Shown piece by piece: positions 25,879 through 32,896 of a stretch of DNA of 32,896 nt (its first letter is position 1; every line of letters starts with the position of its first letter). The position numbers and the translations under genes are program-made. Source of the DNA: a virus (Duplodnaviria > Caudoviricetes); the IMG/VR virus record IMGVR_UViG_3300030330_003037, positions 1-32,896 of that record, one strand, 5' to 3'. Under the pieces are notes generated by a model. It saw nothing but the letters and a program-made list of their open reading frames with translations, had not been told where the DNA came from and did not search any database.

Positions 25879-26530
25879 GGATTGAGTGGGTGTGGGGCGG
25901 CAGGTTGCTTGGCGGGTTGGTCAAGACCACATCAGCGCAGATTCCACGATATGGACTATCGGTGTGAAAGCTGATGCCCTTACGCAGTAGCTCGCCACAA
26001 TTTTTAAGTCTTGCTATTTCGTGATTGAGCCTTTTGTCCGCCAACTGTTGTTCCAACAAAAGTACCTGTTTCTCTGCGGCTTTATGGCAACTCCTGATAT
26101 GAGCGCGATCCAGCGGTATCGAAATCGTGGCAGTGATTCCGCTATTTATAGAGTAGTTCGTCTTTTGACCAGTCCGAATCGGACGATAGTAAAGGACATT
26201 GCCCGGATTATCGGGGACGCCATCGGGGATGGCATTGCCTTCCTCATCAAACGCGCCAACCAAATCGAGAGTGTCATAGATGGGCTCGCTGTAATAGGAC
26301 TCGTAGGGATGCGCCCAGCCAACGGTTGTGCTCACAAAAGGGTTGATTGTGAGGCTTGTTCCCTGACAGCTGAAGTTTCCGTATTGATAGATAAAATTTT
26401 TGCCAGGCACAACCTGGACTGCCTGGTTGGTCACTGACCCAGAGCTATTTGCAACGGGCGCTGCAGTACTCGAAACTTGCGCTTGCGCTGGAGCGGAAAG
26501 CAGCAAAAGCGTTGCTATGACTCGCTTCAT
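25823..26530 (-). CDS. Exported protein, putative outer-membrane component
   Basis: Signal peptide ending AQA; 4 Cys; amphipathic strands (TSLTINPF, SGITATISIPL) followed by a helical segment. Confidence 0.8.
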   Translation of the reverse strand: MKRVIATLLLLSAPAQAQVSSTAAPVANSSGSVTNQAVQVVPGKNFIYQYGNFSCQGTSLTINPFVSTTVGWAHPYESYYSEPIYDTLDLVGAFDEEGNAIPDGVPDNPGNVLYYRPIRTGQKTNYSINSGITATISIPLDRAHIRSCHKAAEKQVLLLEQQLADKRLNHEIARLKNCGELLRKGISFHTDSPYRGICADVVLTNPPSNLPPHTHSIPTSAKTAETSDGQKQTQP

Positions 26531-26976
26531 TGGGTAAAGGTGCTGATCGTCTCTGTAAGCGATTCGATGTCAGTCGTCCGATTTATGACTGTGTGATTTG
26601 TAAGCCCTGGACCACTGTAAGTTTCGATGAACTGAAACGATGCGCCTTGGTCAACAATCTTCCAGTCAGGCTTTTTGGCTGGATCAAGTCCTTTCCAGTG
26701 ACTTGTTACGCCGTTGAGATTATTGGTTGTGGTGATTAGCTTGTCTGTGGCGACAGCATCTCCGACTGGAGCAACGTTTGTGCCGCTAACAGTCAGTTCG
26801 TAGCCAGTTCGGTACTGGTACGAGTTGATCACTTCAGTTATTTTCTGCGTTGTCTTTGTGGAACTGGACAGCGAGCCCTGTTGGAAGTTAGGTACTACCG
26901 GCAAAGATTTTGCTTCTGGAGCGGCAAGAGCAATGACGGAAAGCACGCCCCAGGTGATCCAAATGCCAGTCCACAT
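26527..26976 (-). CDS. Exported beta-rich protein
   Basis: Signal-like N-terminus; T/S-rich alternating strands; TGATG and ATGA coupling to its neighbours. Confidence 0.8.
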   Translation of the reverse strand: MWTGIWITWGVLSVIALAAPEAKSLPVVPNFQQGSLSSSTKTTQKITEVINSYQYRTGYELTVSGTNVAPVGDAVATDKLITTTNNLNGVTSHWKGLDPAKKPDWKIVDQGASFQFIETYSGPGLTNHTVINRTTDIESLTETISTFTQ

Positions 26977-27464
26977 CACTTGATGGTCAGCTCTTGGATG
27001 ACTTGCCCGATTGCGGTTGTGCCAGCGCCACCAGCAGTGATTGAAAGAGCACCACCAGAGTCAATAGTTCCATCGAGATCGCCTGCGACGCCACCAGAAG
27101 TTGTGGTGGTAGAACCAAGCATCGGCAATGAACCAACCACGCCTGAAGTTACTGTCGTGGCTGATGGTGTGTCGTCTCCTTCAATAAATGATTCTGTATA
27201 GCTAAAAGCGTCACCAGCAGTTGTAACGCTGTAAGCGGCAGGAGTGTAACCAACAGCGGAACCGGCAGTAAGGGTGCCAAGACCACCAGCAGTGTCCAAA
27301 GTGATGTTTGAACCAGAAACAGAGTATGTAGAGGGAATTTTTGCTGCGACTGATCCCGCTCCATCGACACTCAGCTGAATGCTTGATTGGATTTTATGGG
27401 TGATGTCAGCTTGGGCAGGCAATCCCAAGAGTGTCACACTTAATACCAGAAGTGTGCGCTTCAT
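26976..27464 (-). CDS. Exported G/S/T-rich protein (fibre-subunit-like)
   Basis: Signal peptide ending AQA; mature part lacks Cys, Trp and Arg. Confidence 0.8.
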   Translation of the reverse strand: MKRTLLVLSVTLLGLPAQADITHKIQSSIQLSVDGAGSVAAKIPSTYSVSGSNITLDTAGGLGTLTAGSAVGYTPAAYSVTTAGDAFSYTESFIEGDDTPSATTVTSGVVGSLPMLGSTTTTSGGVAGDLDGTIDSGGALSITAGGAGTTAIGQVIQELTIK

Positions 27465-27724
27465 TTGATGCCAGCCTTGGAATCTTTGTTCTCTACGATA
27501 GTCGGCTTCTTATTCGTGTTGCCATTGTTCTTGCGTTCAATGCCAAATGAAGCCATAGCTCCTGTAAGAAGCGATGCTACAAAGGTATTGTCCATTTTCA
27601 TCTGCGGGAAAAGCCCTAGGTAAGAGACGGTGAGCAGCGTGGCGCTCCAGACCAAGACGGCGCATTTAACGAGATCAGCAACGCTGACGCCTTCTTTTTC
27701 GTTGTTATCCGTTGACTCTGCCAT
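27461..27724 (-). CDS. Small two-TM membrane protein
   Basis: Hydrophobic segments LVKCAVLVWSATLLTVSYLGLF and FVASLLTGAMASFGI; charged termini. Confidence 0.75.
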   Translation of the reverse strand: MAESTDNNEKEGVSVADLVKCAVLVWSATLLTVSYLGLFPQMKMDNTFVASLLTGAMASFGIERKNNGNTNKKPTIVENKDSKAGIK

Positions 27725-27748
27725 GATTGAGGAAGTTGCGGTCAGGTC

Positions 27749-28000
27749 ATGGTTGAAGTCTGGGCCGCTGTCGCTGGAGCGTCAATAACCACTGCTGCAC
27801 TTGGAGTTTCAGGAATCAACCGACAGTCACGTCAAGGACAGGATTCATTGATCCGTCTGACCACCGCTGTCGACAACCTGTCCAGCAGGCTCGACATCTT
27901 GCATCAAGACATCAAGAGTAAAGACGTAGAAGTCTTTGGGAGATTGAGCCAACTGGAGCAATCAGTGGCGCGTCTGGAAGGTCACAGTGATAGGCACTAA
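27749..28000 (+). CDS. Membrane-anchored coiled-coil protein (lysis module-associated)
   Basis: N-terminal hydrophobic segment, heptad repeat ending VARLEG. Confidence 0.7.
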   Translation: MVEVWAAVAGASITTAALGVSGINRQSRQGQDSLIRLTTAVDNLSSRLDILHQDIKSKDVEVFGRLSQLEQSVARLEGHSDRH

Positions 28001-28027
28001 CGTATAGATGTTGTTCAAGGCAAGGCA

Positions 28028-28201
28028 ATGATCCTGATCATCAAGCCAATCCTGATGGCATTTTTGAAGTCAGATTCGGTCAAAAGACTGATTCTTGATC
28101 TTCTGCGTGCTTACGCAAAGACCACAGACAACACGATCGACGATCAAGTTTGCGATTACGTCAGCAAGAATCTTTTTCCTAGCACCCGTGTTGAGAAGTG
28201 A
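28028..28201 (+). CDS. Small amphipathic protein, 57 aa (not in ORF track)
   Basis: MILIIKPILMAFLKSDSVKRLILDLLRAYAKTTDNTIDDQVCDYVSKNLFPSTRVEK*. Confidence 0.75.
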   Translation: MILIIKPILMAFLKSDSVKRLILDLLRAYAKTTDNTIDDQVCDYVSKNLFPSTRVEK

Positions 28202-28344
28202 GGTTGTCCGCGTTTTCCGCAACTGGTTGGTTCGTTGCAGGAGGCGCGGTCATGCTTTTGGTTTGCGCCTCAAGTTTGATATTCATCGGCGCATACAACG
28301 CTGGTCAAGACACCTGTCGCCAGGCAGTATCAGAACAATCCTGA
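28198..28344 (+). CDS. Small single-TM protein, 48 aa (not in ORF track)
   Basis: GTG start with GTGA overlap; MRLSAFSATGWFVAGGAVMLLVCASSLIFIGAYNAGQDTCRQAVSEQS*. Confidence 0.55.
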   Translation: MRLSAFSATGWFVAGGAVMLLVCASSLIFIGAYNAGQDTCRQAVSEQS

Positions 28345-28355
28345 TCGTTTTGGCA

Positions 28356-29063
28356 GTGCCGCTCAGCTTATTGCCCTTCTTTCAGTTTTTCCGTGGTACG
28401 CCCCACCAGTTGGCTGCAATTAAGGAACTTGAGGAGTCAGTGCCAAAGGAGTTATTGGAGGAGGATTCCGATTGGTTTGAAACGTGGAGAGAAAGTGGGC
28501 GAGACGTGGAGGTTTACATGCCCTACTTCAGTCAGCGAGATAACAGGACAGGATTTGGCTATCGAGAGTGTTTCAGCTCAGCAGCTGCGATGGTGGCAGC
28601 GTATTACAAGAAGGTCAAAACAGATGATGAGTACATTGCGATCCGCTCCAAGTATGGGGATACAACTTCTGTTCAAGCGCATCTCAAGGCACTGAAAGAA
28701 CTTGGTTTAACAGCTGAGTTTCGCAAGGATGGCGATTCCGATCTGGTTGAACTTGAGATTGAAAGCGGCAGACCGATACTGGTGGGATGGCTGCATTACG
28801 GCAATTTGCTTCTAGGGGAGCCGCCGATGTGTGACGGCATGAGCTGTGGTCATTGGAGCGTCATCAGTGGTTACGCAGGGAAGCACAGCAGCGATCCAGA
28901 GTGGATCATGCAAGATCCCAATGGCTTGCCAGATATGGTGAAGGGAGGGCACAAAAATCCGCATCTGGGACGTAATGCGCGGATTAGACAGGCTGAGTTT
29001 TACCAACGTTGGCAATCGGAGGGTCCCAGGACTGGGTGGGTGATTTTGGTCGATGATGAGTGA
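28356..29063 (+). CDS. Peptidase C39-like protein, putative endolysin
   Basis: PYFSQRDN, RECFSSAAAM (Cys), GHWSVISGY (His), WIMQDPNG (Asp); start moved to GTG 28356 because two small genes occupy the upstream part of the tracked ORF. Confidence 0.8.
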   Translation: MPLSLLPFFQFFRGTPHQLAAIKELEESVPKELLEEDSDWFETWRESGRDVEVYMPYFSQRDNRTGFGYRECFSSAAAMVAAYYKKVKTDDEYIAIRSKYGDTTSVQAHLKALKELGLTAEFRKDGDSDLVELEIESGRPILVGWLHYGNLLLGEPPMCDGMSCGHWSVISGYAGKHSSDPEWIMQDPNGLPDMVKGGHKNPHLGRNARIRQAEFYQRWQSEGPRTGWVILVDDE

Positions 29064-29253
29064 GTTTTATTGGGTCTGGGCGTTTATCAGTGCGTTTTGG
29101 ACAACTGTGGTTGTGCAATGTGCCAAGCCAGTGAACTGGGATCAGTGTTCACGGGTCAATGATTGGTTGGTGCCGTGGGTGCGAGATGTGATGGAGATGC
29201 ACGAAAAAGGCGCTTATGCGTCTGAGAGAAAAATTCTGGGCAAAGCTGAGTAG
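29053..29253 (+). CDS. Small Trp-rich membrane protein
   Basis: Hydrophobic N-terminus, Cys pair; overlaps the peptidase stop. Confidence 0.6.
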   Translation: MMSEFYWVWAFISAFWTTVVVQCAKPVNWDQCSRVNDWLVPWVRDVMEMHEKGAYASERKILGKAE

Positions 29254-29275
29254 GATTGATTTTTGCGTCCTTGGG

Positions 29276-29794
29276 ATGGCAGTTCTGTGTGATTGGGAGA
29301 TCAAGGCTCGGTGCCGTAAGAGCCAAATGGTTGTCCCATTCGATGAAGAGCTGCTGAATCCAGCCAGTTTGGACTTGCGGCTGGGTGACTACTTGATGGT
29401 GGAGAGCATTTATAGCCCTGAGTTGGTGCGTATCAACATCGCTGATAAGACAGAGGATGACCCGTTCATGCTTCAGTCCGGCGAGTTTTGCTTGGCTGAA
29501 ACACTTGAGCTGTTTAACTTGCCCGACGACATCAGCTGTCAATTTGTACTCAAGTCAAGCCGCGCACGATCTGGTCTTAATCACCTGCTTGCTGGCTGGT
29601 GCGATCCAGGCTGGCACGGAAGCAAGCTCACGCTCGAACTGAAGAATGAACGACTGCATCATGCTTTGCCGTTGTGGCCTGGCTTAAAGATTGGTCAGAT
29701 GGTGTTTCATGTGATGTCCAACGCTCCAATGCGTAGCTACGCAGAAACAGGTCATTACAACAACCACTTGACAGTCATGCCTTCCGTGGCATGA
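29276..29794 (+). CDS. dcd: dCTP deaminase
   Basis: LNPASLDLRLG, FCLAETLELFNLP, KSSRARSGL, DPGWHG..LTLEL, KIGQMVF; ATG 29276. Confidence 0.92.
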   Translation: MAVLCDWEIKARCRKSQMVVPFDEELLNPASLDLRLGDYLMVESIYSPELVRINIADKTEDDPFMLQSGEFCLAETLELFNLPDDISCQFVLKSSRARSGLNHLLAGWCDPGWHGSKLTLELKNERLHHALPLWPGLKIGQMVFHVMSNAPMRSYAETGHYNNHLTVMPSVA

Positions 29795-29816
29795 ATTGAT
29801 AAGAATCTTCAGGGCT

Positions 29817-30032
29817 ATGGGCTGGGCAGACTGGATGGTTGTCCACCAAAGCCTTGAAGAGGAGTTGGAGTTGGAACGGAACGTGCGAGACGTTCAAGGT
29901 TGCACAGACGAGGATGCGCTTAAGGCGCTTTGCGTATCACTGGTGCGGACCAACTGGCATCAGGCCAAACTGCTGAAACAAGCAGTAGGTCACATTGGCG
30001 AGCTAGATGCGTCGATGTCGTTATCTGATTGA
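29817..30032 (+). CDS. Hypothetical helical protein
   Basis: ATG 29817, MGWADWMVVHQSLEEELELE... Confidence 0.7.
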   Translation: MGWADWMVVHQSLEEELELERNVRDVQGCTDEDALKALCVSLVRTNWHQAKLLKQAVGHIGELDASMSLSD

Positions 30033-30304
30033 GTGAGCTTGTCTAGGCCAAGGGCTTCCCACGCCTTTTTAGCCTTGCCTTCGACTCTGGCGTTGATGGC
30101 TTCCCGGCGTTTGACCTGATCAAAGGCTTCGGCTTTTGCGAAAGCAGCCTCAGTGGTGTTTTCCTGAATGTATTTATAGGCAAGGTCGCGGAGTAGTACA
30201 GACGGTTTTATGTCGAACTTCTCGGTCAGCTTTAAAAACAGATCTCCTTTTGCAGGTTCAAACAGCACCTGGACATGTAGCCGATTGCCGTGCTTACTTG
30301 CCAC
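29990..30304 (-). CDS. Putative ribbon-helix-helix DNA-binding protein
   Basis: RLHVQVLF strand, helix, then KPSVLLRDLAYKYI. Confidence 0.6.
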   Translation of the reverse strand: MASKHGNRLHVQVLFEPAKGDLFLKLTEKFDIKPSVLLRDLAYKYIQENTTEAAFAKAEAFDQVKRREAINARVEGKAKKAWEALGLDKLTQSDNDIDASSSPM

Positions 30305-30328
30305 GCGCTAATACATTAAAGCCCGATG

Positions 30329-30538
30329 CTACCACGTTATCGAATTATCGATTTTTTTCTTCCACGCACTGCTTTGATTGGAACGGGAGGCTGTTCGCTG
30401 GGTGCGACAACCGGCTCGAACTTCTCTTGCCTGCTCTAGGAACATGGCAGCTCGCTGAAGGTCAGCGGTTGTCGAGAGTTGAATCGCCTTGTTGAGGCGT
30501 TCCATGATGATCTGACGCCCCGATTTCGGTTGCGGCAT
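30329..30538 (-). CDS. Hypothetical protein
   Basis: 69-aa ORF in the leftward run. Confidence 0.7.
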   Translation of the reverse strand: MPQPKSGRQIIMERLNKAIQLSTTADLQRAAMFLEQAREVRAGCRTQRTASRSNQSSAWKKKIDNSITW

Positions 30539-30634
30539 ACTTCATCGCGCCAGCAAGGGATTGGTGGAACGTTAGCGCGTAAGACTCAGTTAGTACAATC
30601 CATTCGTCATTATGACGAAAAATTTGAATGCTCA

Positions 30635-30889
30635 TTAGGCATCTTTGAAAATGTGATGCAGTCTTTTGAACTCATGAATTGGTGTCGCGGTGAGAATGCT
30701 GACCTCAACATTGCAACGCAATGCGTTGATAACTTGTCGCTCCATGTAATCCATGTTGGATTCATAAGTGACTTGTTCAACAGCAAGAGGCTTGTCGTCT
30801 AAGTCGAACGACGTGAAACGAGTTATTGCCAGAGGACAATGCTCATCAGCGATCTGACAGTAATGAAGATGTACTGATTTAGTCCCCAT
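30635..30889 (-). CDS. Hypothetical protein
   Basis: Start reassigned to ATG 30889 (MGTKSVHLHYC...), overlapping the end of the upstream gene. Confidence 0.65.
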   Translation of the reverse strand: MGTKSVHLHYCQIADEHCPLAITRFTSFDLDDKPLAVEQVTYESNMDYMERQVINALRCNVEVSILTATPIHEFKRLHHIFKDA

Positions 30890-31142
30890 GGTTTGGGCTG
30901 AAGAGTTCGTTGAATACAGTGGCGACAAGGCTTTCAGCTTGTTGCCTATCCAGACCATAGCTGGATCGACGACGAACCTTCGTAACAGCTTTGTGAAAAT
31001 CACTGGTGGTTAATCCAAGGTGATTGGGTGGTTGCATGAGGCGTTCACGGATCAAGTCTGACCTGTGAACACCTTTTTCTTTGGCTTCAGCAGAGAGTCT
31101 TTCGACTAGCTCTTCTGGCAAGAGTGTTTCAACTTTTTTCAT
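30879..31142 (-). CDS. CopG-like ribbon-helix-helix protein
   Basis: MKKVETLLPEELVERLSAEAKEKGVHRSDLIRERL; ATG 31142. Confidence 0.75.
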   Translation of the reverse strand: MKKVETLLPEELVERLSAEAKEKGVHRSDLIRERLMQPPNHLGLTTSDFHKAVTKVRRRSSYGLDRQQAESLVATVFNELFSPNHGD

Positions 31143-31143
31143 C

Positions 31144-31169
31144 AAAGAAAGAGGGGGCTCTATACCCCC
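31144..31169 (-). terminator. Terminator-like hairpin
   Basis: Minus strand GGGGGT-ATAGA-GCCCCC followed by TCTTTCTTT. Confidence 0.55.
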
Positions 31170-31198
31170 GGTAAGACGACAAGTAATTTGAGCAGAAG

Positions 31199-31363
31199 CT
31201 AGTCTTGCCAAGACTTCTTGAGCACAGCAAGAATATAGTCGCTGCGTGACTTGTAGACAGACTTTTTGTAAAGGTTGTCAAGGTGTTCACGCTCTTCAGG
31301 TGTCATGCGAATGGGCACAACAACCCTGCTTCGTGCGCAGTCTTTTTGAAGATCTTCTTTCAT
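31199..31363 (-). CDS. Ribbon-helix-helix protein, 54 aa (not in ORF track)
   Basis: MKEDLQKDCARSRVVVPIRMTPEEREHLDNLYKKSVYKSRSDYILAVLKKSWQD*; ATGA-coupled to the ParB-like gene. Confidence 0.7.
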   Translation of the reverse strand: MKEDLQKDCARSRVVVPIRMTPEEREHLDNLYKKSVYKSRSDYILAVLKKSWQD

Positions 31364-32256
31364 TTGTCTGACGTAGCAAAGTGAAGGCCGTTAAAAACTC
31401 CAGTATTCATGAAAGGATTTTTTGCGTAAGACTTTAGTACAAAAACATCTTTTTGAATATAGAGATTGAATGCAGAGGAGGAGCAGAGTCGATAAAAAGT
31501 CATCGAATTAGTGGGCTTCCTTGTAGCTTTGCACTTTAGCTTCAGGTCGCGATAAACGATGGGACTCTTTTGTCCGTGGCTAACGGTTCCGCTGCAATCA
31601 GATCCTTTTCTAATCAATGAAAAGAAGTCTTTGACAAGATCGTAGTCTTGACTGGCCTTTAAAAGCAGCGTTCCAGCGGCGCGTTCACTGGAATTGAGGC
31701 TGGTGGATCCATATTGTTCGTCAATCCATTCAAGTTCTTCGTACAGATGATTGTGCATCATTTTTACTTGATGGCGAACCATTGGGCTTGTAGATCTGAC
31801 GACGTTTCCATCCTGCCAAGGAGTGATGAGCATTAAGCAGGTGGAGCCAACCGTTCTGGAAATCCTGTGACCAGCAATGGTGAGGCGGTCATGAAGTTCT
31901 CTTTTGGAGCCGGAGTCAAGATTCTGCCTTGAGTTGTTCGGCATATTTCTGGCGACCCAGAACACTTGGGCGAGTCCGGTTTTGACGACAGCGTTGAGGC
32001 GATGTTGTCCTTGAATGAGATTGCCGTCTTCGTCAAAGGCGATGGCGTCAGAAGTAAGTGTCCAGCTGTTCTGACGCATCTCCTCCTCGTACCGCTTAAC
32101 GACTGTGGGACGGAGCTTGCGGTTGACGATGTTGGCGCGGAGATACTGAGCCGCGACTTCAGGGGTAACTACCTCCTGAACCATCGTTGCGCTTGGGCAA
32201 AAACCTGGGTGTTCCACGGGTGAAATAAATTGATCACTCGTGAAAACTACTGACAT
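31360..32256 (-). CDS. ParB/Srx-like (DGQHR-type) domain protein
   Basis: VTPEVAAQYL..N..NRKL, AIAFDEDGNLIQGQHRLNAVV, LDSGSKR; ATG 32256. Confidence 0.75.
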   Translation of the reverse strand: MSVVFTSDQFISPVEHPGFCPSATMVQEVVTPEVAAQYLRANIVNRKLRPTVVKRYEEEMRQNSWTLTSDAIAFDEDGNLIQGQHRLNAVVKTGLAQVFWVARNMPNNSRQNLDSGSKRELHDRLTIAGHRISRTVGSTCLMLITPWQDGNVVRSTSPMVRHQVKMMHNHLYEELEWIDEQYGSTSLNSSERAAGTLLLKASQDYDLVKDFFSLIRKGSDCSGTVSHGQKSPIVYRDLKLKCKATRKPTNSMTFYRLCSSSAFNLYIQKDVFVLKSYAKNPFMNTGVFNGLHFATSDK

Positions 32257-32258
32257 CA

Positions 32259-32312
32259 CGTGATAAGTACTGACGCTTTGTGACACTACTAATGGTGTCA
32301 CGCCTTATCACG
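32259..32312. promoter_or_regulatory. Nested inverted repeats (putative operator)
   Basis: CGTGATAAG...CTTATCACG enclosing GTGACAC-N8-GTGTCAC, directly upstream of ATG 32256. Confidence 0.6.
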
Positions 32313-32469
32313 AAACTTTACGTGGCTTCTTGGCTGACTTTCGTTTTGCCAGTGGTCTCGCCTTCCTCAGCGCCCTAGCGCGTGACCGCTCCATTGCCAG
32401 CTTCAACGCCTCCTGACGCCCTGGCGGCTCTGGAACGCCACCGCGCTTCAAGATTCCGCTCCAATCCAT
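32308..32469 (-). CDS. Small basic protein, 53 aa (not in ORF track)
   Basis: MDWSGILKRGGVPEPPGRQEALKLAMERSRARALRKARPLAKRKSAKKPRKVS*. Confidence 0.65.
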   Translation of the reverse strand: MDWSGILKRGGVPEPPGRQEALKLAMERSRARALRKARPLAKRKSAKKPRKVS

Positions 32470-32495
32470 CTCTCGCGCGTATAGATGTCAAATAG

Positions 32496-32699
32496 TGTCC
32501 CCAGAGCCCAAATGCCAGTCGTGCCAACGGATGTGCTTGGGGACATCATGGGGGGACAATCAGAGTTGTCCCCGTTCTTCTGGAGTCAGTTCAATCTCAA
32601 CCGCTCCATCCATCAGAGGGGGACACAAGGGCTTGTCCCCCTTGTCTTGTCCCCCATCAGAATCCGCTCCAGCACTGGCATACGTGCCAAAGGGGGACA
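32496..32699. repeat. Cluster of eight GGGGACA/TGTCCCC repeats (iteron-like, putative origin)
   Basis: Copies at 32496, 32539, 32552, 32567, 32619, 32634, 32648 and 32693, four in each orientation. Confidence 0.75.
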
Positions 32700-32895
32700 C
32701 CTTTTGAACCTCTCCGCACGCGAGGTTGGCTTTGTATTCCTTGGAACGAGAACCTTCTGGGACGAATGAGACGATCAGCTGTTGAGCTTCCAGCCGCTGG
32801 AGCGATTTCTTGATTGCAGCAGCAGAACCAGCAATGACGGCATCAGCCAGCAGATCGGTCTTGGAACGGGATTCGGGATAAGCCGTCCGAAGGCG
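32560..32895 (-). CDS. 3' end of a gene truncated by the window edge, possibly a primase/helicase-type replication protein
   Basis: RLRTAYPESRSKTDLLADAVIAGSAAAIKKSLQRLEAQQLIV... (winged-helix-like) then a repeat-encoded tail ending EERGQL*. Confidence 0.55.
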   Translation of the reverse strand, partial: RLRTAYPESRSKTDLLADAVIAGSAAAIKKSLQRLEAQQLIVSFVPEGSRSKEYKANLACGEVQKVSPFGTYASAGADSDGGQDKGDKPLCPPLMDGAVEIELTPEERGQL

Positions 32896-32896
32896 A

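Noticed and set aside
28095-28355. N-terminal extension of the peptidase ORF in the track
   Set aside because: Overlaps two more plausible small genes in other frames; the protein-like sequence begins near GTG 28356
32485-32769. + strand ORFs across the repeat cluster
   Set aside because: Low-complexity products of the GGGGACA repeats, antisense to the leftward gene run
1-32896. Frequent GATC/CGATCG sites as possible HIP1 or methylation signal
   Set aside because: I did not see the HIP1 octamer GCGATCGC recurring, no methyltransferase is in the window, and enrichment could not be quantified by eye
1-32896. Prophage status, alternative genetic code, or introns/inteins
   Set aside because: No integrase, att site or host genes; all three stop codons end genes normally; terL, portal and capsid have ordinary lengths without insertions

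Overview
This window is a segment of a tailed dsDNA phage (Caudoviricetes) with a lambda-like siphovirus tail. The host is most likely a marine picocyanobacterium (Synechococcus-like); this is inferred from my recollection of the accessory gene families, not from a database search. Left to right: small leftward early-type genes (1-1468); a terS-like gene divergent from terL; a Zn-ribbon gene and a candidate pseudoknotted ncRNA; small basic proteins around a displaced tail-tube gene; portal, collagen-like fibre, scaffold and major capsid; head-tail connectors; a tail chaperone with a likely +1 frameshift; tape measure; lambda M/L/K/I/J-like tail tip genes with K and J each split in two; two tail fibres; a signal-peptide-bearing beta-barrel-like protein; a translationally coupled operon of exported proteins with neighbouring membrane proteins (the best candidate for an undescribed cell-envelope system); a lysis-like module with a C39-like peptidase; dCTP deaminase; RHH regulators with a ParB-like gene; and a repeat-rich putative origin in the 3' end of a probable replication gene. 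The heptamer TGGAGCG is strongly over-represented (30 copies counted by eye versus about 4 expected). I saw no tRNA, rRNA, CRISPR array, integrase or reverse transcriptase.
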